NCBI GenBank assembly: GCA_963729625.1
Contig: CAVSOU010000007.1
Location: 288,001-352,000 of the forward strand
DNA: 64,000 nucleotides
Direction: 5' to 3'
DNA from: an uncultured bacterium
GTDB lineage: Bacteria > Chloroflexota > UBA5177 > JANWHV01
Within the stretch, counting starts at the first letter, position 1, and every line of letters starts with the position of its first letter. Both the position numbers and the translations under genes were made by a program. A model generated the notes under the pieces. It made no database searches and was not told the DNA's origin. It saw nothing but the letters and a program-made list of their open reading frames with translations. Of the stretch, positions 1 to 10,563 are shown piece after piece.

Positions 1-674
1 ATCGGCACCAGCATATCGGCACCCTCGATCGAGAAGCGTTTCTGGCCCGGCAGCGCCCGATGCAGAAAAGCCTCAAAGGCCTCGATCTCCGTGAGCCTGT
101 GCAGCAACTCTATTCGAGCCTCCGCATTGAGCGGCTGGCGGAATCGTCCGGACTCGATAGCGTCGCGAATCCAGGTCCGTTCCGCGTGAACCTGAATGTG
201 GGCAATGTCGTAACCGGTGGTGCCGCAGTATATCTCGCGCAACGCAGTGATGACGTCCCCCGCGTTACGAGCCGAAAACGACACTGGGCCCTTGATCACC
301 GAAGCTGGCATCTCGACCAGGTCGGCAGGCTCCACGCCGGAACCTTCGAGGTCCATGGTGGGATCGCCGGGCGGCTCGCTGCCGAGTGGATCGAGGTGAG
401 CGGCAAGGTGCCCGCGGCTGCGAATCGTGCGCGCAATATGCGAGAGTCGGGTAATCCGGGCGATATCCCGTGGATCGGCGATCGACAGCGCGTGCCCGTT
501 TGTTGCGGCATGGCCGTTGCCACTTGCTTGCTCGGTTGGCGCGTCGAGTGGGCTCCAATGGGCGAAGAGACTGCGATCGGCACTGTCTACCGACGAAGGA
601 TCCGCGAGATAGCGATCGTAGAGCTCGAGCACATAGCCGGCATTTGGGCCGTGGAAGGATTCAAGTTTGTCCAT
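1..674 (-). CDS. sucA: 2-oxoglutarate dehydrogenase E1, N-terminal part (runs off the left edge)
   Basis: Not in the ORF track. Manual translation from ATG at 674 gives MDKLESFHGPNAGYVLELYDRYLADPSSVD...EAFLHRALPGQKRFSIEGADMLVP, the typical SucA N-terminus and KRFSxEG motif. Confidence 0.93.
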   Translation of the reverse strand, partial: MDKLESFHGPNAGYVLELYDRYLADPSSVDSADRSLFAHWSPLDAPTEQASGNGHAATNGHALSIADPRDIARITRLSHIARTIRSRGHLAAHLDPLGSEPPGDPTMDLEGSGVEPADLVEMPASVIKGPVSFSARNAGDVITALREIYCGTTGYDIAHIQVHAERTWIRDAIESGRFRQPLNAEARIELLHRLTEIEAFEAFLHRALPGQKRFSIEGADMLVP

Positions 675-969
675 GCATTATCTACCGATCTCGGCAGCGA
701 GACTGGAACCATCGCGGCATCTCCGTACGCCGTCGAACTGCATCCATTCTACCAAGCATCATGCCACACAACCTGCGCGTTTGGGGCAGGAGTTGCCGAG
801 CGCCCGCCAAATGCTGCATCATGTCGTGTGGAGCCGGGAAGTCTGTCTGTGCGCACTACATACGCGGAGCTCTCACAAGCCGGCGAGGGAGATCCGTGGC
901 GCTGAGCGCCGCGGACTCACCGAGAATTGTTCTGTTTTTGCGGAGACGTTTTAGAAGGAGCAGTGTATC

Positions 970-1983
970 ATGTCGACTCGCATTGGTATTAACGGATTTG
1001 GCCGCATCGGGCGTCAGACGCTTCGCGCGGTTCTCGAGCGTCACCCAGAAGAGCTCGAGATCGTTGCGCTCAACGACCTGACCGACACCAAGACCAACGC
1101 GCATCTTTTCAAGTATGACACCACGTACGGAACGTTCCCTGGCCATGTCGCCGCCGAGGAAAGCTCCATCAGCGTCGACGGCAAGAGCATCGCGGTGTTG
1201 GCTCATCGCGATCCGGCTGAGATCCCGTGGAGCAAGTACGGGGTGGAGATCGTCGTCGAGTCCACTGGCCTGTTTACCGCTGCCGACAAGGCCAGGGCGC
1301 ACTTGCATGATGGCGTCAAGAAGGTGATCATCTCGGCGCCCGCCAAGGGCGAGGACCTCACCGTCGTGCTCGGCGTCAACGAAAACACCTATGATCCGGC
1401 GAAGCACAACATCATCTCCAACGCCAGCTGCACCACGAATTGCCTCGCGCCCGCCGCCAAGGTAGTGAACGACAACTTCACGATCGTTCGCGGCCTGATG
1501 AACACGATCCACTCGTACACGAACGACCAGAAGATTCTCGATCAGGTGCACCGCGATCTTCGCCGTGCCCGCGCGGCGGCCGCCAACATTATTCCCACGT
1601 CGACTGGAGCCGCGAAGGCTCTGGCCCTGGTGATTCCGGAGCTGAAAGGCAAGTTCGACGGCTTCTCGCTGCGCGTTCCTACGCTGACCGTGTCGGTTGT
1701 CGACTTCACCGCTGAGATCGAGAAGAGCGCGACGGTCGCGGATCTCAACGCCGCCTTCAAGGCAGCTGCCGAGGGCTCCCTCAAGGGTTATCTCGGCTAC
1801 AGCGACGAGCCGCTTGTGTCTTCCGACTTCCGTGGCGACTCGCGCAGCTCGATCATCGACGCCCTGTCGACCATGTCTCTCGGCGGCAATTTCATCAAGG
1901 TCATCGCCTGGTACGACAACGAGTGGGGCTATGCCTGCCGCGTCAGCGACCTCGCTTCGTTCATAGCCGGCAAGGGACTCTAG
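970..1983 (+). CDS. gap: Glyceraldehyde-3-phosphate dehydrogenase, type I
   Basis: [18 protein letters not shown] and WYDNEWGY motifs; AAGGAG RBS. Confidence 0.99.
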   Translation: MSTRIGINGFGRIGRQTLRAVLERHPEELEIVALNDLTDTKTNAHLFKYDTTYGTFPGHVAAEESSISVDGKSIAVLAHRDPAEIPWSKYGVEIVVESTGLFTAADKARAHLHDGVKKVIISAPAKGEDLTVVLGVNENTYDPAKHNIISNASCTTNCLAPAAKVVNDNFTIVRGLMNTIHSYTNDQKILDQVHRDLRRARAAAANIIPTSTGAAKALALVIPELKGKFDGFSLRVPTLTVSVVDFTAEIEKSATVADLNAAFKAAAEGSLKGYLGYSDEPLVSSDFRGDSRSSIIDALSTMSLGGNFIKVIAWYDNEWGYACRVSDLASFIAGKGL

Positions 1984-2025
1984 GCATACCCTTCGAGTGA
2001 ATTCAGTTCAGAAGGGATCCTGATC

Positions 2026-3213
2026 ATGGCAAAGAAGAGCGTTCGCGATGTGGACGTGAGCGGCAAGCGTGTTCTCGTGCGCGCCGACCTCAATGCTCCC
2101 CAGCGCGAAGATGGCTCGGTATCAGACGATACCCGGCTGCGCGCCACGAGGCCCACGCTGCAGTACCTCCGCACGCACGGCGCGCGTATAGTTCTCATGT
2201 CCCATCTTGGCCGGCCGAAGGGCAAGGTAGACGAAAGATTCCGTATGGCGCCGATTGCCGCCAGGCTTTCCGAGATTCTCGGACAGGCAGTTATCACCGC
2301 GCCAGACTGTGTTGGACCTGAGGTCGAAGCTCTTGCCGCAAAGCTAGAGCCGGGCCAGGTGCTGCTACTGGAGAACCTGCGCTTCCATAAGGAAGAAGAG
2401 GCCAACGATCCTGAGTTCGCCAGGTCCCTTGCCAGGCTGGGCGACATCTATGTCAACGACGCGTTTGGCACCGCGCATCGCGCCCATGCGTCGACCGAAG
2501 GCGTGACGCACTATTTACCCTCCGTAGCAGGGCTGCTCATGCAGAAGGAGCTCGACGCGCTCGGCAATCTTGTCGAGAATCCTGCTCGACCGTTCGCGGC
2601 GGTCATCGGAGGCGCGAAGGTATCCTCGAAGCTGGCCGTCCTGAAGAATCTCCTCCAAAAGGTCGATATCTTGATCATCGGCGGCGGCATGGCCGGCACG
2701 TTCCTGAAGGCGAGGGGCCTCGAGATCGGCAACTCACTGCTCGAATCCGATCTCGTCGAGGAAGCAAGAGCCATTGAAGCGGCGGCGGCGGCGCGGGGAG
2801 TGAAGTTCTTGCTTCCGGTGGACACCGTGATTGGCAACAAGTTCGCTGCCGATGCTGAGTCGAAAGTTGTCCCCGCCGGTGAGGTGCCCGCGGGCTGGCA
2901 ACAGCTCGACATCGGACCTGAGACGATCCGGCTGTTCGAAGAAGCCCTTGCCGGGTGCAAGACCATTCTGTGGAACGGGCCGCTAGGTGTCTTCGAGTTT
3001 GCGCCGTTCGCCGTCGGCACCAACGCCATCGCGGCCTTTCTGGCACGGAGCAGCGCCGTGACGGTCGTTGGCGGTGGCGATTCGGTAGCAGCTCTGGAAG
3101 GTCAGGGGCTTGCCTCCAAGATGACGCATGTCTCCACGGGGGGCGGCGCCAGCCTGGAGTTCCTGGAAGGCCGGGTGCTGCCCGGCGTGGCGGCATTGGA
3201 GGACCACTCATGA
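2026..3213 (+). CDS. pgk: Phosphoglycerate kinase
   Basis: [34 protein letters not shown]. Confidence 0.99.
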   Translation: MAKKSVRDVDVSGKRVLVRADLNAPQREDGSVSDDTRLRATRPTLQYLRTHGARIVLMSHLGRPKGKVDERFRMAPIAARLSEILGQAVITAPDCVGPEVEALAAKLEPGQVLLLENLRFHKEEEANDPEFARSLARLGDIYVNDAFGTAHRAHASTEGVTHYLPSVAGLLMQKELDALGNLVENPARPFAAVIGGAKVSSKLAVLKNLLQKVDILIIGGGMAGTFLKARGLEIGNSLLESDLVEEARAIEAAAAARGVKFLLPVDTVIGNKFAADAESKVVPAGEVPAGWQQLDIGPETIRLFEEALAGCKTILWNGPLGVFEFAPFAVGTNAIAAFLARSSAVTVVGGGDSVAALEGQGLASKMTHVSTGGGASLEFLEGRVLPGVAALEDHS

Positions 3214-3974
3214 GTGCTTCCACGCGGCGGCCGATCGTGGCTGCAAACTGGAAGATGAATACGTCACCGGCAGACGCGGGTGACCTCGCGAAGAAAATCG
3301 TGGAGGCAACCGCGGCTACCCGGCAGGTCGAGGTAGTCATCTGCCCGCCCGCCATCTCGCTTGTCGCCGTTCGCGACGCCGTCAATGGCGCCGTCGGGGT
3401 CGGCGCGCAGAACATACATTGGAAGGATTCTGGCGCCTTCACGGGCGAGATCTCCGCTCCGATGCTCAAGGGAGTAGCGACCTATACGATCATCGGCCAC
3501 TCCGAGCGGCGACAGTACTTTGGAGAGACAGACGAGACCGTGCACGACAAAGTGCGCGCCGCACTCACACACGGGATCAAGCCCATCGTGTGCGTCGGCG
3601 AAACTCTCAAGCAGCGCGAGGCCGGGATCACTGCCGACCTGGTCGCCTTGCAGGTGCGCAGCGCACTCCATGGCGTAACTTCTGAGGAGCTCGTAAGTAT
3701 CGTCGTCGCCTACGAGCCCGTATGGGCCATCGGCACGGGCCTCGCGGCCACCAGTACCGATGCGAATGCTGTGGCCATGGTCATCCGCAACGTCCTTGCC
3801 GACCTCGGGGGAAGTGCGGCTGCCGCGGCTGTCCGCATTCAGTATGGCGGCAGTGTGACTGCCGCTAATGGCCCGGATTACTTGCAGACGTCTGACATCG
3901 ACGGCGCCTTGGTCGGTGGCGCCAGCCTCAAACCCCTCGACTTCGCTGGCATTGTGAAGTCGGCCGCTCGCTAG
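3210..3974 (+). CDS. tpiA: Triosephosphate isomerase
   Basis: [24 protein letters not shown]; ATG overlaps the pgk stop (ATGA). Confidence 0.99.
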   Translation: MSASTRRPIVAANWKMNTSPADAGDLAKKIVEATAATRQVEVVICPPAISLVAVRDAVNGAVGVGAQNIHWKDSGAFTGEISAPMLKGVATYTIIGHSERRQYFGETDETVHDKVRAALTHGIKPIVCVGETLKQREAGITADLVALQVRSALHGVTSEELVSIVVAYEPVWAIGTGLAATSTDANAVAMVIRNVLADLGGSAAAAAVRIQYGGSVTAANGPDYLQTSDIDGALVGGASLKPLDFAGIVKSAAR

Positions 3975-4012
3975 GACCTCAGAGTATCACGCATGCGGAG
4001 CGTGGGCTCCGC

Positions 4013-4873
4013 ATGCGTGATGGCCATTCACCGGTGAGACGCATGACACCCAATTCAGGCCATGTCTCCGGCCGTCCTGGAGACGTTTCGGCGCAACCAT
4101 GGCAGGCGCCCATGCTTGCCGACGCTCAAATCAGGCAGTCGTTAGCGGCCGGCGCCGTGCCGCGTACGTCTGGGGCCGCAGTACAGGGACGACCGGCTTC
4201 CCGCGATCTGGGCGTGATCTGGGACCTCGACGGCACGCTCGCGGATACCGAATATACTCATTTCCTGGCCTGGCAGGCGATATGCCGCAAGTACGGCCAG
4301 GTCCTGACCTGGGAGACCTTCAAGCCGACATTTGGTCTGGGCAATCCGGATGCCCTGCGCCTGCTGATCGCCGGAGATCTGACGGACGACGACGTGCAGC
4401 GTCTGAGCGACGAGAAGGAAGCATTGTTCAGGGACAATGCCGGTGCCCTCGGGTCGATGCCGGGAGCCCTCGAATTGGCGCGACACCTGCACGCTCTCTC
4501 GATCCCTCAGGCCATCGGTTCGTCGGCCCCGCCCGAGAACATCCCGCACGTGTTGGGGATTCTCGAGGTTTCCGATCTCTTTGAGGCAACTGTCTCGCGC
4601 TGGGACGTTGAGAGAGGCAAGCCGGCGCCGGACATCTTTCTAGCTGCGGCCGATAAGATCGGCGTGCCGCCGATGGGATGCATCGTACTGGAGGATGCTC
4701 CGGCCGGTATAGCAGCAGCCCGCGCCGGCGGCATGCACTCTATTGCACTTGTAGGCACGTGGCCGGAAGACGCGCTGCACGCCGCCGACTACATGGTTCG
4801 TACGCTTGCGGATGTACTCTGGGACCGCGAGATGTACGCCAGGTTTGCAGCGGGGACCTGGAAGCCGTCGTAA
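4013..4873 (+). CDS. HAD-family phosphatase (beta-PGM/CbbY-like); start uncertain
   Basis: WDLDGTL motif I, GKPAPDIF, LEDAPAGI. Confidence 0.9.
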   Translation: MRDGHSPVRRMTPNSGHVSGRPGDVSAQPWQAPMLADAQIRQSLAAGAVPRTSGAAVQGRPASRDLGVIWDLDGTLADTEYTHFLAWQAICRKYGQVLTWETFKPTFGLGNPDALRLLIAGDLTDDDVQRLSDEKEALFRDNAGALGSMPGALELARHLHALSIPQAIGSSAPPENIPHVLGILEVSDLFEATVSRWDVERGKPAPDIFLAAADKIGVPPMGCIVLEDAPAGIAAARAGGMHSIALVGTWPEDALHAADYMVRTLADVLWDREMYARFAAGTWKPS

Positions 4874-4961
4874 CCCCAAACCTGAAGCTGCAGTAGGGAG
4901 TCGCAGGCTCGACTGCTTCCAGATCGCGTGAGCGCTGACCGGCTGCTCGTGACGGACGCGA

Positions 4962-5573
4962 CTACTTCAAGCCCGCATAGCTGGGCTGATGCATGAGCGT
5001 TATGTCCGGCAACGGCCAGTACGAAAGCCATGCTCGGCCAATCACATTGCCGATCGGGAGAAGGCCCCACTCGTGCGAGTCGCTGGAGTTATTGCGATTA
5101 TCGCCCATCACGTAGAGGTCGCCCTTGGGCACCTGAACGTCGCAGTAATTGCACTCCGACATCGAGTAGTCGGGCTCGGCCGCGACATACGGTTCGCTCA
5201 GCTGCACGTTGTTCACGTAGACATGTGCGTTGCGGATCACCACATGATCTCCGGCGACGCCTATCACTCGCTTTATGTAGTCGAGGCTGGGGTCCCGCGG
5301 ATACTCAAATACCACGACGTCGCCGCGTTCCGGAGAGTGGAATCGGTAGGTCACCTTGTCGACGAGAATGTATTCACCATTGTGAAAGGTCGGCTCCATG
5401 CTCTGTCCTTCAACCGTGAAGGGCTGCAGCGAGAAGCGGGCGGCGAGAAACAAAGCCACCGTGATAAGCACGGTCTCGAGAAGTTCCACCACGATCTTCC
5501 GTCTTGGGGCACGCGAAGGAGGCGTGGCGGCGGGCTGGCTGGGGTAGGCGGGTGGCACGGGTACTATCGTCAA
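4962..5573 (-). CDS. lepB: Signal peptidase I
   Basis: GQSMEPT (Ser), YIKRVIG (Lys), GDNRNNSSDS; N-terminal TM helix. Confidence 0.96.
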   Translation of the reverse strand: MTIVPVPPAYPSQPAATPPSRAPRRKIVVELLETVLITVALFLAARFSLQPFTVEGQSMEPTFHNGEYILVDKVTYRFHSPERGDVVVFEYPRDPSLDYIKRVIGVAGDHVVIRNAHVYVNNVQLSEPYVAAEPDYSMSECNYCDVQVPKGDLYVMGDNRNNSSDSHEWGLLPIGNVIGRAWLSYWPLPDITLMHQPSYAGLK

Positions 5574-5653
5574 TCTCCTCGCAGCGTCAATCGGGCAGCT
5601 TGCGCGCTACCGTACGTTCGGGCCGGGCGCCAGCACAAGATCGATCCAGGCGG

Positions 5654-5726
5654 TGCTCCGGAAGGGACTCGAACCCCTGGCACACGGTTCCGAAGACCGT
5701 TGCTCTATCCACTGAGCTACCGGAGC
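5654..5726 (-). tRNA. tRNA-Arg, anticodon UCG; CCA not encoded
   Basis: GCTCCGG acceptor stem, TAGCTCAGTGGATAGAGC D-arm, ACGGT-CTTCGGA-ACCGT anticodon arm, GGTTCGAGTCC T-loop; followed by CCG. Confidence 0.95.
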
Positions 5727-6133
5727 ATGATGGAAGTATACTTGGCAAAAGGCCCACGGTCCACCACGCTCGTCTCTCCCTCAACGCTCCTCCGGAGGCC
5801 GAAGGGCACGTAGTCGACTCTTAATCATTCAAACGCTACCTGTGCGAACCCCATCGTTTCGGCGATTCGGCCCTCTGCCGCATACACCAGGTTGTATTGG
5901 TAGTCTGTCTCATAGAGTGCCGGGATCGGTCACACCTGAGACCGCGGCCCCGTGGCAGCCGCTGTGGCACTGCGGTGCCGGGCGTGGAGGCCGACCGCAG
6001 CCGCGGATTGAGGTCAATTCTTTGGACGTCCGGAGCAGTCACCGCAGAGTGCCGGCGTTGCCATCCGCGAGCCGCTGGTGCAGGTTCCCCAATCGGGTGG
6101 CTGCCAAACAATCATAGCACCGACCACGGATAC

Positions 6134-6661
6134 CTAGTGCAGAAGTGTGACGTCTGGCACGGGCCAGTATGCGAACATCGCCCGTCCCTCGACGTTGCTT
6201 ATAGGCACGAAACCCCAGACGTGGGAATCACTCGAGTTGTCACGGTTGTCGCCGAGGACATACAGATAACCCTTGGGCACGCGAACGTCGCAGAAGCTGC
6301 ACTGCGACTGCGCGTAGTCAGGTGGGTTGGCGATATACGTTTCGGAAAGCTGTCGCCCGTTGACGTACACGTGGCCTCCGGAGACCACGACGTGGTCGCC
6401 GGCAATGCCAATCACGCGCTTGATATAATCCTGACTGGGATCCTTGGGGAACTTGAAGACGATGATGTCGCCGCGCTGCGGACTGTGCAGCATGTAGGAG
6501 ACCTTGTCGAGCATGACCCACTCGTTGTTATGCAGCGTTGGCTCCATACTCTGGCCGTCCACGATTCGGGGCGATATCGTGGAATGAACTCCCAGGTAGA
6601 TCAGCGTCGTGACAATCGCGATTTGCACAAGCTCTTTGATCGCCTTTGCGGATAATCTCAT
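6134..6661 (-). CDS. lepB: Signal peptidase I, second paralogue (start chosen at MRLSAK)
   Basis: GQSMEPT, YIKRVIG, GDNRDNSSDS; closely similar to 4962-5573. Confidence 0.95.
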   Translation of the reverse strand: MRLSAKAIKELVQIAIVTTLIYLGVHSTISPRIVDGQSMEPTLHNNEWVMLDKVSYMLHSPQRGDIIVFKFPKDPSQDYIKRVIGIAGDHVVVSGGHVYVNGRQLSETYIANPPDYAQSQCSFCDVRVPKGYLYVLGDNRDNSSDSHVWGFVPISNVEGRAMFAYWPVPDVTLLH

Positions 6662-6996
6662 CGGTGTCAGCCCTCGTTTCGGTTTCGCGCCACCGTCAGA
6701 CGCGATAGTACCGCACCTTCCACTCTCAGACCGTAGCCCAATCGTCCGCATGCATCAAGCCGCGCAGGTTACCGTCTTGTTAAGCTTTGGCAATCTCAGG
6801 CCGCCACCTGGTTGCGAGCGGCACAGGCAAGAAGGCCGAACACCACAAACCGAGCTGTCCAACCGATGATGCCGAGCCACCCCAACTGTGCTGTACACTC
6901 CATAGAGGCTAATAGCCGACCGCGGGCGTCGCCACGCGCACGGTTATCGAGATCGTCGAGCTGCCGGTTCTTCAGGCAAATACGGAGCACGCCTAG

Positions 6997-8034
6997 ATGG
7001 CTCAGCGCATTTATCGCGTCCTCATTGCAGATGATTCCGCCGTGATGCGGCGCCTCTTGCTGACCACGCTCGAGGTCGAGCCGGACTTGCGTGTGGTCGG
7101 CGCCGCGCGTGATGGGGCGGAAGCTGTCCGCTTGTGTCTGTCGCTTCGCCCCGATGTGGTGATCATGGACATCAACATGCCTATCATGGACGGGCTGCAG
7201 GCCACGCAGAAGATCATGGAGACAGTGGCTGTACCGATTGTCGTTCTCAGTGGCTATGTCGGAGATCCGTCCTCGCAAATGGCATTCGAAGCGATACGCG
7301 CGGGAGCGCTCGCCGTGGTCGCAAAACCGACAGGCCCGGACGAGCCGGAGTATCGCCGCATGCACGATGAGCTGGTGCAGGCAGTGCGCAGCATGGCCGG
7401 GGTCAAAGTCGTTCAGCGCAAACCTGCGTCGACAAGCCCTATTGCCCCAATGGCGGCACACAGCACGCCAACTCACGTCCGAGCCGTCGGCGTCGTGGCT
7501 GCCACTGGAGGTCCTGCAGCCCTGCATTTCTTGCTTCGGAGGCTGCCGCACAATTTTCCGGCACCGATTCTCATCGTGCAGCACATCACCCTTGGGTTTG
7601 TACCCGGCCTCGTGGAGTGGCTTGGCAACGACACCAAGATGCAGGTGCGCCTGGGGCAAGCGGGAGTAGTTCCGCAACCCGGCCAGGTGCTGTTCGCACC
7701 CGACGACACGCACATGATTGTGGATAGTGGTGGGGTGCTCGCGTTTTCGGATGAGGGCCCGGTTGACGGGCACCGGCCTTCCGGGACAGTCTTGTTGCGC
7801 TCGCTGGCGCGTACCTACGGTGCGCAGGCGGTCGGTGTCGTACTTACGGGCATGGGCACCGATGGCGCCGACGGCTTGAACAGCATTCGCATTGCGGGCG
7901 GCCAGACTATTGCCCAGGATGAAGCTACCAGCGTAGTCTATGGCATGCCGCGTGAGGCCGTTGCGATTGGAGCGGCGCAGGAGATTCTGTCGCTCGAAAG
8001 AATTGTGGCACATCTGCTCTCCGTTGTTCCGTAA
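6997..8034 (+). CDS. cheB: CheB-family receiver plus methylesterase-fold protein, catalytic Ser replaced by Ala
   Basis: REC domain (IADDS...MDINMP), VQHI, LTGMGTDGA, QDEATSVVYGMP; AATGG in place of ASTGG. Confidence 0.92.
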   Translation: MAQRIYRVLIADDSAVMRRLLLTTLEVEPDLRVVGAARDGAEAVRLCLSLRPDVVIMDINMPIMDGLQATQKIMETVAVPIVVLSGYVGDPSSQMAFEAIRAGALAVVAKPTGPDEPEYRRMHDELVQAVRSMAGVKVVQRKPASTSPIAPMAAHSTPTHVRAVGVVAATGGPAALHFLLRRLPHNFPAPILIVQHITLGFVPGLVEWLGNDTKMQVRLGQAGVVPQPGQVLFAPDDTHMIVDSGGVLAFSDEGPVDGHRPSGTVLLRSLARTYGAQAVGVVLTGMGTDGADGLNSIRIAGGQTIAQDEATSVVYGMPREAVAIGAAQEILSLERIVAHLLSVVP

Positions 8035-8251
8035 CACGATTCTAAAGATTACAATGTATTCTCTAGCGAACGTGTCTAGGTCGTAGTCCCTATGTCCCAA
8101 CAGATCAGACGTCGCGAGATGGGCGCGGCAAGGCGTACTATGAGAGACTGCGGCTGCGCGCTCGCGCTGGTCATGTGCGGTGCGACGAACCGCAGCACGA
8201 CGGGCGCGGCAACCTGCCACGCTTGAGCCGCATGAGGGGGAGGATACAAGA

Positions 8252-9688
8252 TTGCAGCACGGCTCACTAATCTGGCAGCGGGTACTTGCCGAACTGCAGA
8301 GCTTCATCACCCCAGAGAACTTCAAACAGTGGCTACAGAATACACGTTGCGTCTCGTACGAGGGCTCGGTGATTACGGTCGGTGTCCCCAACGCTTTCAA
8401 CAAACTCTATCTGGAACAGCGGCTCGCCAAACATATCGACAAGGCGATGCAAACCCTCGATTTTGGCCACATCAAATTGCAGTACTCAATTGTCGCAGAC
8501 GAGGCCGTTGCGCAGGATGCACTGAACGGACACAGACAGCGCGCCGGTGGCCTGCGGGGAGACTATGGCACCCCTGCCCGAGTTAGCCGGGCCGCTCGTG
8601 GTGAGCCCTCTCCCGGCGCCCCGATGCTGGCGCCGTTCTTCACCAATCAGGCCTCACAGCTTAATCCTCGCTACGTGTTTGAAACGTTCATTCAGGGCAG
8701 TACCAATCGGTTCGCGTACGCGGCAAGCATGAGCGTTGCCGAAAATCCCGCGCATCGCTACAACCCACTGTTCATCTGGGGAAGTGTCGGCCTCGGCAAG
8801 ACTCACCTGCTACACGCCATCGGCCACGAGGCCCTGAGAACACATGGACACCTTGAAGTGCTGTACACCTCGTCCGAACAGTTCATGAATGAAATGATCG
8901 CGGCAATTCAGAAGAGCAGAACGGAAGAGTTCCGCAGCCGTTATCGATACGTAGACATTCTGCTCATCGACGACATCCAATTCATCGCCGGAAAGGAAAG
9001 CACGCAGGAGGAATTCTTTCATACCTTCAATGCGCTGCATGAAGCCCAGAAGCAGATCGTGATGACCAGTGACCGGCATCCGAAGGCAATGACGACGCTC
9101 GAGGATCGGCTGCGGTCTCGCTTTGAATGGGGGCTGATCGCCGACGTACAACCACCCGACCTCGAGCACCGCATCGCAATTCTGCAGGCAAAGGCCGAGC
9201 TGCAGTCGGTCCCAATCCCGAAGAGCGTCATCGACTACATCGCGAAGCGTGTGCAGAACAATGTGCGAGAACTCGAGGGTACGCTCACACGAATCACGCA
9301 TATGGCAAGTGTCCAGGACGTGCCCGTGACGCTCGAGCTGGCCTCCAGCGCGCTGGAAGCCGCGTCTGGCGGTGTCCGCCGGTCGGCCCCCACCCTCGAC
9401 GAAGTGATGGACGCCGTCCTCAACTACTACAAGGTCGACCGTCAGAGCATGCTCGGCGCGTCTCGAGAGCGAGCGATCGCGCTGCCGAGGCAAGTTGCAA
9501 TGTTCCTGATGCGCGAAGAATCCAATTGCTCGTTGCCGAGAATCGGCGCGTACCTGGGTAATCGCGACCATAGTACAGTTGTGCATGGCTGTGACAAAGT
9601 AGCAATTGAGCTGAAGAATGAAAATGTGCAGATCCGCAAGGATGTCGCCGCCATTCGCGGCCTGCTCTACGAGTCGCGCGAACGCTGA
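8252..9688 (+). CDS. dnaA: Chromosomal replication initiator DnaA (TTG start inferred from GGAGG)
   Basis: YNPLFIWGSVGLGKTHL, LLIDDIQF, QEEFFHTFN, RLRSRFEWGL, RDHSTV. Confidence 0.97.
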   Translation: MQHGSLIWQRVLAELQSFITPENFKQWLQNTRCVSYEGSVITVGVPNAFNKLYLEQRLAKHIDKAMQTLDFGHIKLQYSIVADEAVAQDALNGHRQRAGGLRGDYGTPARVSRAARGEPSPGAPMLAPFFTNQASQLNPRYVFETFIQGSTNRFAYAASMSVAENPAHRYNPLFIWGSVGLGKTHLLHAIGHEALRTHGHLEVLYTSSEQFMNEMIAAIQKSRTEEFRSRYRYVDILLIDDIQFIAGKESTQEEFFHTFNALHEAQKQIVMTSDRHPKAMTTLEDRLRSRFEWGLIADVQPPDLEHRIAILQAKAELQSVPIPKSVIDYIAKRVQNNVRELEGTLTRITHMASVQDVPVTLELASSALEAASGGVRRSAPTLDEVMDAVLNYYKVDRQSMLGASRERAIALPRQVAMFLMREESNCSLPRIGAYLGNRDHSTVVHGCDKVAIELKNENVQIRKDVAAIRGLLYESRER

Positions 9689-9693
9689 CGGTT

Positions 9694-10509
9694 ATGCCAG
9701 GCGAAATCGATGACCCGTATCGAGTTCTCGGCCTTTCGCGCACGGCAACGCCCGATGAGCTCAAGCGGGCTTATCGCCGTCTCGTTAAGGCATGGCATCC
9801 TGATCGTCACGCAAGTAGCCCCGACACGCAGCGCCGGGAAGCCGATCGCCGCTTCAAGCTAATCAACGCGGCCTATGTGGCTGTCGGGGAGATACTGCGC
9901 GAAAAGGCTCTTGTCGAGACTGCGGCCAGCCAAGAGGTGGCGGACCGATCGGATGTTCGGATCGAGGCTATCCGGTCGGTCGTAGCCAGCGCCGCGCTCC
10001 GCATTATCCCTAACGTGCCGCGACATACGTACCGTCGCATTGTCAGCGCTGTCGAAGCCCTGCTCATCGACACACTTGCAGTCGGTGACCGTGCGTTCGC
10101 CCAGGGTTTCGATCTCGCGGTTGCTGAGGCCATGGACTTCGTGGCGCTCGGCAGGCCTTCTCGCGACGAGGTGCTTCGCGTGCTCGACGCAGCCGCGGAC
10201 GACCTGCAGTGGCGGGGGAAAGGCGCCGACCCACAGACATGGCAGAGGTTGCTCCGGCCTCTCGAAGCGGCAATGCGGCCGCAAGCGTCTCGCTCCACGG
10301 ACGCTCAGGCGCCTGTCCCGACCGCATCGCCACCCGCGCATCTGGTTCGATCTGAGCCACAGCTACGAACGGCGCAGGCCGGACTGCTGGTCCTCTTCAT
10401 TCTGTGCATGATACCAGCGCTGCCACTGGGTGGACTGGAGCGCGGCATCGCGCTTGTTGTGGATCTTATCGCGCTTGGGTACGTCACCTTCGGCGTGAGT
10501 GTACCGTGA
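9694..10509 (+). CDS. J-domain protein with C-terminal membrane anchor
   Basis: DPYRVLGL...WHPD...FKLINAAY; two hydrophobic helices at the C-terminus. Confidence 0.88.
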   Translation: MPGEIDDPYRVLGLSRTATPDELKRAYRRLVKAWHPDRHASSPDTQRREADRRFKLINAAYVAVGEILREKALVETAASQEVADRSDVRIEAIRSVVASAALRIIPNVPRHTYRRIVSAVEALLIDTLAVGDRAFAQGFDLAVAEAMDFVALGRPSRDEVLRVLDAAADDLQWRGKGADPQTWQRLLRPLEAAMRPQASRSTDAQAPVPTASPPAHLVRSEPQLRTAQAGLLVLFILCMIPALPLGGLERGIALVVDLIALGYVTFGVSVP

Positions 10510-10563
10510 GCCAGTGCAACGTATGCGTCGATGCGCATGGCAACGGACCGGAACGACGAAGAC

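Noticed and set aside
60-905. 281-aa plus-strand ORF
   Set aside because: Antisense shadow of the sucA 5' region.
5654-6133. Integrative element at the tRNA
   Set aside because: No integrase and no duplicated tRNA 3' end noticed in the window.
8035-8251. oriC upstream of dnaA
   Set aside because: Only a short AT-richer patch; no DnaA-box cluster seen.
6796-8403. 535-aa minus-strand ORF and similar long antisense ORFs
   Set aside because: Shadows of real genes in high-GC DNA; no recognisable motifs.
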